Source: the human T2T-CHM13v2.0 reference genome, Homo sapiens. From it: DNA of 64,000 bases. Below the pieces are notes generated by a model. The model was not told where the DNA came from, made no database searches, and saw nothing but the letters and a program-made list of their open reading frames with translations. Each line of letters begins with the position of its first letter. The first letter of the stretch is position 1. Both the position numbers and the translations under genes were made by a program. The stretch lies in assembly GCF_009914755.1 (NCBI RefSeq), contig NC_060931.1; one strand, 5' to 3'. Positions 44,073-58,577 of this stretch are shown in pieces.

Positions 44073-44699
44073 CATTACAATTATTTGTTTATTCGTAGTT
44101 TTGTTTAAAGCTTGTGTTTCCTATTAGTCCACGAGGGCAAAAACTGTGTATGCTTTATCATCTCTGTCTAGCCAGTGCCTAGCACCATCCCTGGCATAAC
44201 TATGATTTCTACACAGCACCTCGCTAATATCTGGCACATCAAAAACTTCAAGAAATAACCAATTATTTTGATTGTTTAGAATTGTTGGAATGCTTTACAT
44301 TGTAAGCATGTTGTCAGAATCTATCGTATTCTGCATATGTGTAAGGAACAAGGGAAAGAGGCTTGGGTTAAAATACCCAAGGGCCATGTGTATTCTTTAA
44401 ATATTAAGAGTCATGTTTGGCTGTGGAATGGAATGGCCGTGCCTGCCCCCAGGTGTCTCTTAGGGGACCACCAGCTGCTGTGTAAGAACGAGGCCCCATT
44501 GTGATGCTGCGGTGCACAGGCAGCCAGCGGGCCGTCTGGGGAGAGTGTCTGCATCCCTGCCAATGCTCATCTTTTACCTCTGTCATCCCTTTCCCACTGG
44601 CAGGGCTGCCTCTGTCTGGCTCAGGGATAGAATATGAATCAGGCCATCCCTGGCATCCAGAATTAATCATTTCTCCTTCAAATTGATTGTGTACCCCCA

Positions 44700-45820
44700 G
44701 AGCCATTGAATTGGGCCAGAAACCTCTGAAATCTATTTTCTAAAAATATTTTCCAACTTGGCAAAAATGTTTCTGTTGGTGAGGAAGGAAAGAAGTGAGT
44801 TAAGGAAGATGTTGTTAAAGTTATGAAATAAAGGGAACTATTGTGAAGGGTTGAGATGACATCTGACTGCTCATCAGTAGGAGAATGACCAAACGATAGT
44901 TGGAGAGGTGGGGACACCAGTCAGGATGGGGAATTTTAAATATGTAGTGGCGCCTGTCTGGCGGTGGGTGGTCAAAGTTTCTCTAGCAGGGCTCAGTCAC
45001 CTGAGAAGTAGAATGTGGAATTCATCCAGGAGTGGGTTCGTTTTGTGCTGCTATAACAGAATATCTGGGACTGGATATTTTATAAAGAATAGCGATTTAT
45101 TTCTTACAGTTCTAGAGGCTGGGAAGTCCAAGGTCAAGGGATCAACATCTGGCAAGGGCCTTCTTGCTGTGTCATCCCATGACAGAAGGAAGAAGGGTAA
45201 GTGAGCACACACAAGAGAGAAGAAGGGAGCTGAACTCACTTTTTGTTTGGAATCCACTCTCAAGATAACTAACCCACTCCCAAAATAACAGCATTAATCC
45301 ATCCAGGAGGGCACAGCCCTCATGATGCAATTATCTCTTAAAGATCTCACTTCTCAACACTGTTGAATTGAAAATTAAGTTTCCAATACATGAACTCTGG
45401 GGGATACATTCAAATCATAGAAGGTGGGTTTATGGTAGGTGCGGTATGATGGCCTGGGGGGCAAGGATTTTAAGGAAGAAAACTAAAGGGAAGAAACTAA
45501 AGAAAGCTAGTGTACTAGAGGAAGAAATGGAGGCATCAAGGGAATGGAAGTCTTCATATAGCATAATAAAGCATGTGGTAGCATAAGGAAGGGAGCACTA
45601 AAAGGAGATGAGGTTATAATGTAGAGCTTTAGAGCTTAAGATTTCAGGAGTGCAAGGGTTCAGGGCAAAAAGAAAGATCCCTTGGTATTGGTGGCTGAAA
45701 AGGACTGGAGGTAGAAGTCACTGGAATTGAAGAAGTCCAAGATCCGTGAAGTGAGGGTGGCAGATGTGGAGGAGGGACAAATCACCTTCCTCAACATCTA
45801 AGTTTCCCAGACACTGTATT
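44700..45820 (-). mobile_element. old L2 ORF2 fragments with a nested MSTD-like LTR (about 45032-45421)
   Basis: GA-rich reverse L2 signature; MST tgtgctgctataacagaata...caaatcatag. Confidence 0.6.
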
Positions 45821-45839
45821 CTGCCCACACTTGTGAGAA

Positions 45840-46770
45840 ATGGCTCTTGTCATGGTCAACAATGAACTCCCATTGCCAAATATAATTGCCAATGCTCATA
45901 CCACACCTCTTGGCAATATTTGACAAGTTGACCACTCTCTTCCTTGAAACGTTTCTTTGCTTGGTGCTTGGACACCCTGAGCTTTTGGTTTCCAGTTCTC
46001 CTGGCTATCCTTCTCCACTGGCCACTCCATGAGTTGCTCCTGGTCTCCTTTGCTAGCTTCTCTTCCGGGCCTTCTAGTGCTGACATGCCCAGACTCCATC
46101 CTCTTAGCTCTCCTGTACACTCCCTAGGTGACACCTTCAATACCATGGCTTAAATGCTGTCCATATCTGATGACTTCCAATTTTATCCCTATTCTCTATG
46201 TTGCTTCTGAACTCCAGGCACCTATATCCAAAGGCTTTCTGGATATTTCCACTTAGGTGCCTGTCTTAGTTTATTTTGTGCTGCTATAACAGAATACCTA
46301 AGACTGGGTAGTTTATAATGAATAGAAATTGAATTTTCATGGTACTGGAGGCTGGGAATCCAAGATCAAGGCACCGATAAGTTTGCTGTCTTGTAAAAGC
46401 CCAGTCTTTGCTACCAGGATGGTACTATGTACACCACGTCCTCTGGAAGGAAGAACACTGTTTCTCACATGGTAGAAGAGCAGAAGGCAGGAAGCTCACT
46501 ACCACTAGCCCTTCTTGTAGCAGTATTAATTCATTCATAAGGGCAGAGCTCTCATAACTTAAACACTTCCCATTAGGCTCCACCTCTCAACACTGTTGCA
46601 TTAAAATTAAGTTTCAACAGGAGTTTTGAATAGGATGAAAACATTCCAGACAGCAGTGCCTAATTGACACCTCATATTTAACATGTCAAAAATAGAAGTA
46701 ATAGAAGTCGTGACTTTCCCCCACCCAAACTTCTACCTCCACTGTTCCTCATCTTAAGAATTTGCAACTC
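45840..46770 (+). mobile_element. L2 fragment
   Basis: ttggcaatatttgacaagttgaccactctcttccttgaaac; aacatgtcaaaa. Confidence 0.75.
46262..46655 (-). mobile_element. MSTC/D LTR
   Basis: TSD gtgcc at 46257 and 46656. Confidence 0.85.
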
Positions 46771-46771
46771 C

Positions 46772-47071
<300 letters not shown>

Positions 47072-48059
47072 ATTGTGACTTTATCCTTATAATTCTTCAG
47101 GTTTGGGGTAAAATGCTTAGCTTCTTTCTAGTTTTATTTCTTAACTACAAAACAGAGTAAATGATGGTACTTACTGCATAAGGCTCCTATAATGACTAAT
47201 CGAATTATTGCATTCACTGCACTTAGCATTGTGTCCCAACTCAGAAAAATGTTCAATAGTTGTTACTTATGATTGCTATTTATGTATTTATGCAAAATTC
47301 TGACTCTGAATTGTCTGCAGCTAACTGATAATGAGCTAACAATAATGTAAAACGGAGTTGTTGTTCTTGCTTAACAACCATTAAGTCTGGCTTAATAAAA
47401 AAGAGTTTAAGATCAGTACAGGCATGTAGGATTGGGAGGGGTAAGAAATTCCTTATTGCTGTCTCTGATTTTGTTTTGGAGGTCAAAACATCTGGATAAA
47501 AAATGAGCATTAGTCTGTATAAAAACAAATATTTATACATTCAGAAATTCTGAGCCCATGAGGCCAAAATGTCTGGTCTTTGGCAATCTTTGGAAAATCT
47601 GTTCCCCAGGCAGCCCATGTATTGCTGGGGCCCCAGCATAGTTTTGTAGCCAAAGGCCCGGGATACAGGGTGAGTGGGTGGTGAAGAGAGATCTCTGGCA
47701 AAGCTTTACTCCACTGTCTGGAATTTAAACAAATACTGTTTTAAATTATACAAATAGTTCTTAGCAAACAGATGTTTAACATTACATAGCTGTAATATAA
47801 CAATAATAGGCTAAATTTTCCATGTAACCAATAGAAAAGTGAAAGAGAACCATCCACTTCTCTTGGAGTATGGCTGCAAAGGTTTTGCCGCTGGTATTTT
47901 GCACCTTCTTTTGCCTTTTCTCTAAACCCTTTGGTATATTTTCTTACCAGGAGCAGCATGTTATTTCAGAGTCCTTGTTTGTGCCTCGTTCAGTGTTGTC
48001 ATATTGGCTAACACCAGTCCTCTTGTAAATGGATCTGGAATTGGGGAAAATAGCCTTCC

Positions 48060-48370
<311 letters not shown>

Positions 48371-48996
48371 TGAAAGTAGCCTTCTTACTCCTGTGCCTGG
48401 AGAATTCTCTTCTGTATATAGAAAGGCCATCCTTCTCACCAAGATGTGGTTTTGGGTGTGATGCCTTTAAAGGATGGAGGAGAATTGGGAATCACCCTCT
48501 TGGGCAATGCAATCAGTTGCCTCATTCTTAGTGGTCCATGGGGTGATGGATGTCCCAGCCAGGTTCCCCTCATCTCCAGGCTGATATTTATAGCAACTCT
48601 GGGGAGAAGGATTTACATTTTAAAAAGAGAAATCAATATACCTAAACTGCTAAATTTAAACATTAGGTGGATATCAAACATAGAATCTAAGAGAATAAAA
48701 ACAAATAAATGAAGAGATGAACTTTCCAGGAGACACTGCAATCCATTTCTCTGAGTGCTTTAAGTGACTGTTTCTATAGTCATGAATATTTTTTGCCCCA
48801 AAAGACTCTTGCCATCTAAGTGGAAGGGGAATATAGGGAGTTGGAGAAGAAGAAAGAGAAGTAGGCTTTGGCTATGCATGTTTACAAATCCCCACCAATG
48901 AAATGAGCATTCTGCCAGGGTGCTGTGCACACACCACCTCGGAGAGCTATACCTGCAAGATGCACCAATTTCATCTTCAGCTTATCTGTAAATCTA

Positions 48997-49374
48997 TGAT
49001 ATGATTTGTCTGTGTCCCTACCCAAATCTCATCTTGAACTGTAGTTCCCCTAATCTCCATGTGTCATGGGAGGGACCCAGTAGGAGGTAATTGAACCATG
49101 GGGGCGGTTACCTGCATGCTGTTCTCGTGATAGTGAGTGAGTTCTCACAAGATGTGATGGTTTTATAAGGGGCTTTCCCCACTCCTTACTCTGCACTTCT
49201 CCTTGCTGCCATCATGTCAAGAAGGATGTGTTTGCCTTCCCCTTCCACCATGACTGTAAGTTTCCTGAGGCTTCCCCAGTCATGCTGAACTGTGAGTAAA
49301 CTAAACCTCTTTCCTTTATAAATTACCCAGTTTCAGGTATGTCTTTATTAGCAGCATGAGAACAGACTAATACA
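48997..49374 (+). mobile_element. THE1 LTR
   Basis: perfect TSD atcta. Confidence 0.92.
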
Positions 49375-49894
49375 ATCTATGAATAAATACTTGGTATTTA
49401 TGCCCATGCTCTAACAGAAGACTGGGGCTTTAGCTTCTATATTTTCTATGAATCCATCAAGAATGAATAAAGTAGATTGGGTTGGGGGAGTGTTCTACTG
49501 TTCCACAGCAGAACTTGTGGGAAGTTTAGTCACTGGATTCTGCTGGCCAGCAAAAAAATATAGGAAGATTCTATTAAGAAAATTAAAGAGAGTTAAAAAG
49601 AAAAAAAGAAAGACAAAGAGAGGAAGAAGAAAGGAAAAAAAAAAAACAAAAAAGCAAACAAAAAAAAAACGAGAGAAGAAATAATGTGTCCCCAAAGAGC
49701 AAAAGTGTATATGGCGAGTGAGGGGCTTCAGAGCCCAATGTAAACAAAAGGTTTGAAACACAGGAGCCAATATGTGCTCTTGAAAGAAAATTCCTCCTTT
49801 CAAAGTAGCCCCTTGAAAATGAAGTTTTTGCATCCTTTTCTTGGAAATAATTAGACAATTTGATCATGCATCTTAAAAATGTTTACAAAATGTG

Positions 49895-52758
49895 TTTTCT
49901 TGTTGCACCTTGTAAACATTGCATTTTTTTTCTTTTTCTTTTTTTTTTTTTTCCAAACTGAAGGCTTATGGCTACCCTGAATCGAGCAAGTCTACTGGTG
50001 CCATATTTCCAGCAGCATGTGCTCACTTTGTGTCTCTGTGTCGCATTTTGATTATTTTTGTGATATTTCAGACTTTTTCATTATTATATTTGTTATGGTG
50101 ATCTGTGATCAGTTATCTTTGATGTTACTATTATACTAATTTTGGGGTTCCATGAGCCATACTCATATAAGATCATGAACCTAATTGATAAATATGTGTG
50201 TTTCAACTGCTCCACCAACCGACCATTCTCCCATCTCTCTCTCTCTTTCCTTGGGCTTCCTTATTCCCTGAGACACAACAATATTTAAATCAGGCCAACT
50301 AATAATCCTACAATGGCCTCTAAGTGTTCAAGTGAAAGGAAGAGTAACACATCTCTCTCTTTAAATCAAAAGCTAGAAATGATTAAGTTTAGTGAGGAAG
50401 GCATGTCAAAAGTCAAAACAAGCTGGAAGCTAGGCCTCTTGTACCAACTAGTCAAGCAGTGCACAGGAACAGTTCTTGATGGAAATTAAAGTGCTACTCC
50501 AGTGAACACATGGATTGTAAGAACCTGAAACAGACTTACTGCTGATGAGGGAAAAGTTTTGGTGGCTTGGATAGCAATAAAACCAGTCACAACATTCCCT
50601 TAAGCCAAAACCTAATCCACAAGAAGGTCCTAACTCTCTTCAATTCTATGAAGGCTGAGAGAGGTGAAGAAGCAGCTGAAGAAAAGTTGACACTAGCAGA
50701 GGTGGGGTCATGAGGTTTAAGGAAAGAAGCCAGCTCTATAACATAAAAATGCAAGGTGAAGCAGCAAGTGCTGATGGAGAAGCTTTAGCAAGTTATCCAG
50801 AAGATCTAGCTAAGTTCATTGATGAAGGTGGGCTATACTCAACAAGAGACTTGAAGCTTTAAAGCTTCAAAATACAAATTGACTCTCTTGTTAGGGGCTA
50901 ATGGAGCTGATGACCATAGGTTGGAGCCACTGCTCATTTACCATTCTGAAAACCCTACAGCCCTTAAGAATTATGCTGAATCTACTCTGCCTGTGCTCTA
51001 AAAATGGAAAAACAAAGCCAGAATGACAGCACGTCTGTTTACAGCATGGTTTACTGAATATTTTAAGCCCATTGTTGATACCTACTGCTCAGAAAAAAAG
51101 GATTCTTTCCAAAATATGACTGCTCACTGACAATGCAGCTGGTCACCCAAGAGCTCTGATGGAGAGGTACGAGAAGACTAATGCTGTTTTCGTGTCTGCT
51201 AACACAACCGCCATCCTGCAGTTCATGGATCAAGGAGTAATTTTGACTTTCAAGCCTTATTATTTAAGAAATATATTTTGTAAGGCAATAGTTGCCATAG
51301 ATATTGATTCCTCTGATGGATCTAGGCAAAGTGAATTGAAAACTTCATGGAAATAATTCACCATTCTAGATGCCATTAAAAACATTCATAATTTATGGGA
51401 GGAGATCAAAACATCAATATAACAGGAGTTTGGAATGAGTGGATTCCAACCTTCTTGGTTAACTCTGAGGGTTTGAAGACTTCAGTGGAGGAAGGAACTG
51501 CAGATATGGTGGAAATAGCAAGAGAACTAGAATTAGCCTGAAGATGTGACTGAAACTGTTATGATCTCATGATCAACCTTGAACAGATGAGGAGCTGCTT
51601 CTTATGGATGAGCAAATAAAGTGGTTTCTTGAGGTGGAATCTACTCCTGGTGAAGATGCTGTGAACATTGTTGAAATGACTGCAAAGTTCTTAGAATACT
51701 CCATAAACTTAGTTGATAAAACATTGGTGGGATTTAAGAGAATTGACTCCAATTTTGAAGGAAGTTCTACTTGGGTAAAATGCCATCAGACAGCATTGCA
51801 TGCTACAGAGAAATTTCATGAAAGAAAGAGTCAATGAATATGGTAAACTTTATTGTTGTCTTAATTTAAGAAATTGCCACAGCCACTGCAAAGTTCAGCA
51901 ACCACCACCCTGATCAATAAGCAGCCATCAACATTGAGGCAAGACTCTTCACCAGCAAAAAGATTTATGACTTGCTGAAGGCCCAGATGACTGTTAGCAT
52001 TTTTCATCAATAATTTTACATTAAGGAATGTACATTGTTCTTTTAGACATAATACTATTGCACACTTAATAGACTACAGTATAGTATAAACATAACTTTT
52101 ATATGCACAGGTAAACAAAAAAAATTGCATGACTTGTGTGATGGTTAATATTGAATGTCAACTTGAGTGGATTGAAAGATGCAAAGTATTGTTCCTGGGT
52201 GTGTCTGTGAGGGTGTTGCCAAAGGAGATTAATATTTGAGTCAGTGGACTGGGAGAGGCAGACTCACCTTTAATGTGGTAGGCACTATCTAATCAGCTGC
52301 CAGTGCAGCTAGAATAAAGCAGGCAGAAAAAGGTGGAAAGAGCAGACTTGCTGAGTCTTCCAGCCTTCATCTTTCTCCCGTGCTGGATGCTTCCTGCCCT
52401 TGAACATCAGACTCCAAGTTCTTCAGCTTTTGGACTGTTGGACTTACATCAGTGGTTTTCCAGGGGCTCTCAGGCCTTCTGCCACAGATTGAAGGCTGCA
52501 CTGTCAGCTTCCCTACTTTTGAGGTTTTGGGACTTGGACTGGCTTCCCTGCTCCTCAGCTTGCAGACAGCCTATTGTGGGACTTCACCTTGTGATCGTGT
52601 GAGTCAATACTCCTTAATAAACTCCCCTTCATATATACATCTATCCTGTTAGTTCTGTCCCTCTAGAGAACCCTGACTAACACAACTTGCTTTATTGAAA
52701 TATCTGCTCTACTACAGTGGTCTGCAGTTGAACCTGCAATATCTCCAAGGTGATTCTG
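49895..52758 (+). mobile_element. Tigger1 DNA transposon, near full length, transposase decayed
   Basis: caagtgaaaggaagagt..., translation [19 protein letters not shown]; 3' TIR ending ctg+TA; frameshifts and an internal deletion near 50850. Confidence 0.92.
52137..52684 (+). mobile_element. MLT2A LTR nested in Tigger1
   Basis: tgtgatggttaatattga...gaaccctgactaacaca; TSD acttg. Confidence 0.92.
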
Positions 52759-52819
52759 TAATTTTTAGTCATTCCTTTATTAGAAACCAAATTTAGTGGT
52801 GACATATGAAATCTTTAGC

Positions 52820-53275
52820 ACCCAAAGATGTGCATCTTGACGCTCTTTGTGCTTTTGAATTACCAGGTGAGTTTTGAAAAAAATACAGGTGCCTGGGCCT
52901 CAACCCACACCCTGAAGTGGAGCCAAAAGTGTAACTGGTGGTGGAGGTTTTTTGTATGTGTTTTTTTTTTTTTTTGAGAAGTTGTCTCGTTCTGCAAGCT
53001 CCGCCTCCCGGGTTCATGCCATTCTCCTGCCTCAGCCTCCCGAGTAGCTGGGACTACAGGTGCCCACCACCATGCCCGGCTAATTTTTTGTATTTTTAGT
53101 GCAGACGGGGTTTCACCGTGTTAGCCAGGATGGTCTCGATCTCCTGACCTTGTGATCCGCCCGCCTTGGCCTCCCTAAATGCTGGTATTACAGGCGTGAG
53201 CCAGTGCACCCGGCCTTGTATGTTTGTTTTAAGCTCCCTGGGTGATTTGAATGCACAGTCTGATCGGAGAACCTC
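52820..53275. mobile_element. MER5-like MITE split by AluY
   Basis: gaattaccaggtgag...aagctccctgggtgatttgaatgcacag. Confidence 0.6.
52962..53215 (-). mobile_element. AluY with a ~41-bp internal deletion
   Basis: ctcgttctg|caagctccgcc; ttgtatgt flanks. Confidence 0.9.
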
Positions 53276-54594
53276 CATCGGATATCTCTGCATGACTGAA
53301 TCACACTCTTCAGAACTAACTCGAATTTTACTCCCACTGAGAGACTTCCTTATTTCATAAACCCCTGGCCCATACCCCACCCCCGATACTCCATATATTT
53401 TTCTGTTTGACTTTCTTCCAGGTTTGCTATCTATCTTTCTCTCTGTACTCATTTTCTCTCGTAGGACTTTATTTCATTATTTTCTCTTTGGTCTTTAGTT
53501 CTGAGGATTCCACTTATCGTATGGGGTGAGGGTTTGGGGAGCATGTGATGAAGTGGTGGGTGATTGGTTGCTAGTTATTACAATTCTAGCTAGAGAGACC
53601 ATTGAGATAGTTCTGATGGCTTCAATGGCTTCCCTCATTGACCACAACCATAGTCAGGGATGCCATCTCCATGCCTATGGTGGCTCCATGATTTACCTAC
53701 GACAGGCTTTTCAGCCCCCTCGGTCACTGCACATCTATTTGGGGGATGCTATAAGAACTTCCCAGGCTTTATTGACTCACAACTCACCTTTTCCTCCCTT
53801 TCCCCTTCTGGTGGTAGCTGCCTGGTTAGAAGCCACACTGAGATATGCTCACCAGAATCCTCCCCAGCTACCACTTTCCAAAGTGTAAGCCAGGAAGTTG
53901 TGCCCCCTCTTATTTCCTGGGGAGTTTGAGGTGGGTTTTCACTCTGAAATTATTTCTAACCTCTTTGGTTCATTTTGTCAGCTTGGGAGAGGAAGAATCA
54001 CTAAGCCTGCTTGACTCCACTATCTTTATCATGACTTGGCAAAGGCAGTTTAGTAACACAGTAAAAAGCTAATGTCATGGTGTTCAATAAAAATCCCAGG
54101 CACCAATATATGCAGGTTATATGATATTGACCATATTTAATGTAAAAAGATGAGAAGAAATACAACAAAATCATAACAGGAATGGACTTTTTATGCAGAG
54201 ATTATAAAAGAGGTTGATTTAAAACTTCAGTAATTCTCAAGTTTTTCAAAACATGCTTATTTTGCTTTTATAGGGATACAAAAAATTGTGGGGATTAAAA
54301 AAAACTTTACAAAATGAAAAGCACAAAACAGTCCTCTCTGGAGACCATACCCTTTCTTGTATAGTCCTGTCATTGGTCAAATAGTTAACTTCCCTTTTTC
54401 AGAATTGTCTAGATTCTGTGGTCTCTTTTCTAATTAAAGCTCATCTTCATCTAAAGACTTGGGCCAAATTTGGTGAATGTATGAGTGATTAGGCTGGGAA
54501 ATGCCATGTAACCCCTCAGAGGGTTAAAAAGTATGGCTTTGCAGTTGACTTTGGGGTACCCTCCCAGGGACAAGCCCAGAGATGCTTTGCACAC

Positions 54595-54973
54595 TCTCTT
54601 AGTCCATTTCATGCTGCTATGCAGAATACTACACTGGGTAATTTATAAAGAACAGAAAGTTATTTCATCACAGCTCTGGAGGTTGGGAAGTCCAAGATCA
54701 AGGCATCAGCATCCGGTGAGGGCCTTCTTGCTGTGTCTTAACATGACAGAGGTGGAGGAGTGTGAGAGAGAGAGAAAGAGAGACAAAGAGAGAGATACAG
54801 ACAGAGAGAGAGAGAGGAGCTGAATTTATCCTCACTCCCATGATAACAAACCCATTCCCAAAATAACAGCATTAATCCTAATCACCTCTTAAAGATCTCA
54901 TCTCCCAGTACTGTTGCATTGGGGATTAAGTCTCCAGCACATAAAGTTTGGGGACTACATTCAAACCATAGCA
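54595..54973 (-). mobile_element. MSTD-like LTR
   Basis: cttagtccattt...caaaccatagca; TSD cacac/gacac. Confidence 0.85.
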
Positions 54974-54979
54974 GACACT

Positions 54980-55200
54980 GACAACAGCTAAAAATGCATC
55001 AAGTGCATACTCTGTGCCAGGCACTGTCCCAAGTGCTTTAGACACCCAAGTTTACTTAATATATAGGGCAACCCTATACATATGGAAATACTCCAATTCC
55101 AATTTGCAAATGAGAAAACTGAGGTTAAGTAACCTGCTTAAGATCAGAGGACAAGTGACAGAGTATGAGATATACCCTGATGGGCACTTATTTCTACCAC
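54980..55200 (-). mobile_element. MIR
   Basis: gtgccaggcactgt...aatgagaaaactgaggttaagtaacctgc. Confidence 0.8.
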
Positions 55201-56307
55201 TTATTACCATCAAGGAGCCTAAAATGTAGCTGCGGAAATAAAATAATTGAAACAACTATAATGCAAGGCAGAATCTGACAAATGGTTCAAGAGAAGAATA
55301 AATCCAGGGCTGAGAAAAGGATTCTGTCCAGAGGAAGGGGGGTTGGTGAGGGAGGACATAAAATGGTCAAGGAGAATGGGCTGTCTTAAATCAGAACACG
55401 TGCTTTCTTAAATATGCTGTCTTGACTCTGAACTTCTGACTCACACTTTCAACCGCTGTTCTCTACTAACACTTGTAGCAAGATGGCAGCATCATTAGGA
55501 AGATTCAAGGTAATGTCCCCAGGAGACAACTTAGACAGAGCAACAGAAAATTCACATGGGTGTGAGCAGACCTGATAGTAATTTTTCATGCAAATTGGTT
55601 AACCACAGAGTGATATGTACAAATGTGGGGGAGGATTGGCGTGGCAGTGTGTTACCCGTATTGGGTACTGACTTATCCTCAAGCACATGAACCACTGACC
55701 ATTGCTAGCACCCAGCAAGGTCAATCCTTACCACTGAGAGTGCTTCAGAATTAATCCAGTGCCATCCTAAAGACTCTCCTCTGCCATTCTGCTGTGACTG
55801 GGGAAAGTGGTCAGGCAGGGCAGGATTGAGGTCGTGCTGTCATTTGTCCCCTTTAGGACTCATTATCTCACAAGCATGCACCTGCACACACACCCCTGTC
55901 CCTGAGCACTAGCAGCCTGTTGGGAACTTAGTACTTAGCATGTTTTGGAAACAAGAATCAGGCTTCTCTACTTCCCCTGAGGACGGCTGTGTGAACATGT
56001 AATGTGGAACAGTTCTTATGTTCCTCACATTCCTCCCTTCCTCTGTCTGTTTCTATCCTCTTCTCACTTTCTGTTACCTTGCTGGCATTCCTTCCTTTCA
56101 TTCTCCTTTCTTCATTCATCCATCTCCCCTTCAAACTGTGGTTCTTAGTCTTTTGAGAGGTCACAGATGCCTTTGAGACTCCAGCAAAAGCTGTGGATCT
56201 CCTCCCCCTTAAAATAGACAGATCACACACCCATTCCTGAATGTGTATGCATGAAGCTTTTCCATAGACCCATTATGAGTCTCTCTATGCCAGCAGAGAT
56301 CCCTGGT

Positions 56308-56685
56308 TGATATGGTTTGGCTGTGTCTCCACCCAAATCTTATCTTGAATTATAGCCCCCTTAATTCTCACATATTGTGGGAGGGACCCACTGGGAGGTA
56401 ATTGAATCATGTGGGTGGGTCGCTCCCGTGCTGTTCTTGTGATAGTGAGTAAGTCTCATGAGATCTGATGGTTTTATAAAGGGGAGTTCCCCTACACAAG
56501 CTCTCTCTTGCCTGCTGCCATGTAAGATGTGTCCTTGCTCTTCCTTCACCTTCTGCCATGATTGTGAAGCCTCCCCAGCCATGTGGAACTGTGAGTCCAT
56601 TAAATCTCTCTCTCTCTCTCTTTTTTAAATAAATTACCCAGTCTCGGGTATGTCTTTATTAGCAGCATGAGAATGAACTAATACA
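56308..56685 (+). mobile_element. THE1 LTR
   Basis: perfect TSD ctggt. Confidence 0.92.
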
Positions 56686-56839
56686 CTGGTCTATAGGTGG
56701 AATTCTTCCTTCATCCCTTTCATACACACTGCAGTCAAGAGCATGGGCTTAACTCAGGTCCTCTCCATTGATCAGCAAGTGAGCATGCTGCATGCTAGGT
56801 CCCACTTTTCCTTTCCTCTCAGGCCCTTCTCACGGCCAA

Positions 56840-57065
56840 GTGATTGAAGGCATGGACCTTGAGGACAGGTTATCTGGGTAAAAATTTAGGTTCTGCCCTT
56901 TTGTTATGTGCCCTTGGATGGGCAAGTCTCTTCATTGAAAAATTGAGACTAACTGTATATTCCTTATAGGAATTTATTATGATGACTTGCATTAATAAAT
57001 ATCAGAGCCCTTAGAACAATACCTGGTCGGGATTAAATGATATCAGTCCTTGCCATTTTTATTAT
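56840..57065 (+). mobile_element. MIR
   Basis: gattgaaggcatggacc...cttagaacaatacctgg. Confidence 0.6.
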
Positions 57066-58577
57066 TTGGTTGCTCAGTATTGAAGGAAAAGGAATGGGCT
57101 TTGCTTTGAGGACCGGTTATACCTTCCTCCTCTTTCTTCTTATTTCCGGAGGTAGTAGAACTAATAAGTACAGTCCCACATAATGTAAACATCCAGGCAA
57201 CATTTAAGTCCTTGGGGGACGATTAAGATAACACTCATTACCATCAAGGAGCTTAAAATGTAGCTGCAGAATAAAACAATCAAAACAACTATAATGCAAG
57301 GCAGAATCTGACAAATGGTTCAAGAGAAGAATAAATCCAGGGCTGAGAAAGGGATTCTGTCCAGAGGATGGAGAGGGATTGGTAAGGGAGGGCATAAAAC
57401 TGGGCCATGGAGAATGTGCTGTCTTAAGTCAGTAACAGAATAACATGCAGAGCAGGGGCTTTTGCACAGAAGGAGTGGTGTTCAGAGGTACTCAGGCAGC
57501 CAGTGTTGGAGGTGTCTGGGAAACAAGGAAGCCTGGGGAAGGCTCTGTCCTGGGTGATGTGAGGAGAAATGGCTGGAAAGACAGGGTGAGCCAAATTGGG
57601 GAGAAATCTTTAAAAGGTGCACGTTTTGGAGGTAACTTCATTGCAAGAGCAGAAACTCACTCAAGCTAGCTTACCTAAATGGAAATTGATTTCAAGATGT
57701 CATGGTTTCTCACAAAGCTCATGGAAATGAAGTAAAGCCAGGTCACTCAAAGGATTTAAACTGGAAATCAGAAAGAAGTGCCCACTGGGATATGTCTCAT
57801 ACTCTGTCCCCGCCCATCGCCTTATCTCTCTGCCTTTCTGTGTCTCTGTCCTTCTCAGTCTCCCTCCTCAGTGTCTCTTTCATTCTCTCTCCAGCAGTCA
57901 GGGGCCCAAAATGGCAGCCCTAAACCCATGTCCACATGATCCTTGGGATTCATAAACCCACAGATCAACTCCATCTCAGCAGGACTGCTGTGTATGGTTG
58001 GGCAGGTTGGACCCTGCATGAGGCTACTGTGCCAAGGAGGTGAATACTGGCTGAAATCCAGTGTAATTCCCTCACTAATATTTCATTGGCTAGAGCATAC
58101 CACCCAAATTTCAAAGGGAGGTGTGTTCCTACCATGTTCCAGAAGGCGGGAAAACCAGAGTATTTGGTAACAGCTCTAAAGTTTACTACATGGAAAAAAA
58201 GAAAAAGCCTTTAAACTGTACGAAGTGGTATTTTCTTTTAATAATTTCTAGCATCAACACATTCTATTTAACTTCTGCATAACATTCCATATCATTCCTT
58301 TTAACTACTGTACTGTACATCTCATTGCCATTAAGATACGCTGCATAATATTCCATTGTATGACTGCATTATAGTTGATTTCTGCCTCCATGCTAAGGGA
58401 CATTTAAGTTTTTTTAATGCAGTTTTTTTAAGTCGTTCTTTCTAGTACAAATAATGAGGCAATACATTTCCATATACATATATATATAATATATGCATAT
58501 ATATAGTGTGTGTGTATGTCTGTGTGTGTGTGCGTGCGTGCGTGTGTTAGGGGAATACATACACATGCATATATACA

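Larger units (their letters stand above)
55203..57432. repeat. direct repeat, 55203-55394 and 57237-57432 (L2-derived sequence)
   Basis: about 190 bp with a long identical core aaacaactataatgcaaggc...cagggctgagaaa. Confidence 0.97.

Noticed and set aside
50320-51840. Domesticated or active Tigger transposase (TIGD1-like)
   Set aside because: Multiple stops and frameshifts plus an internal deletion; only 65-77-aa fragments are open.
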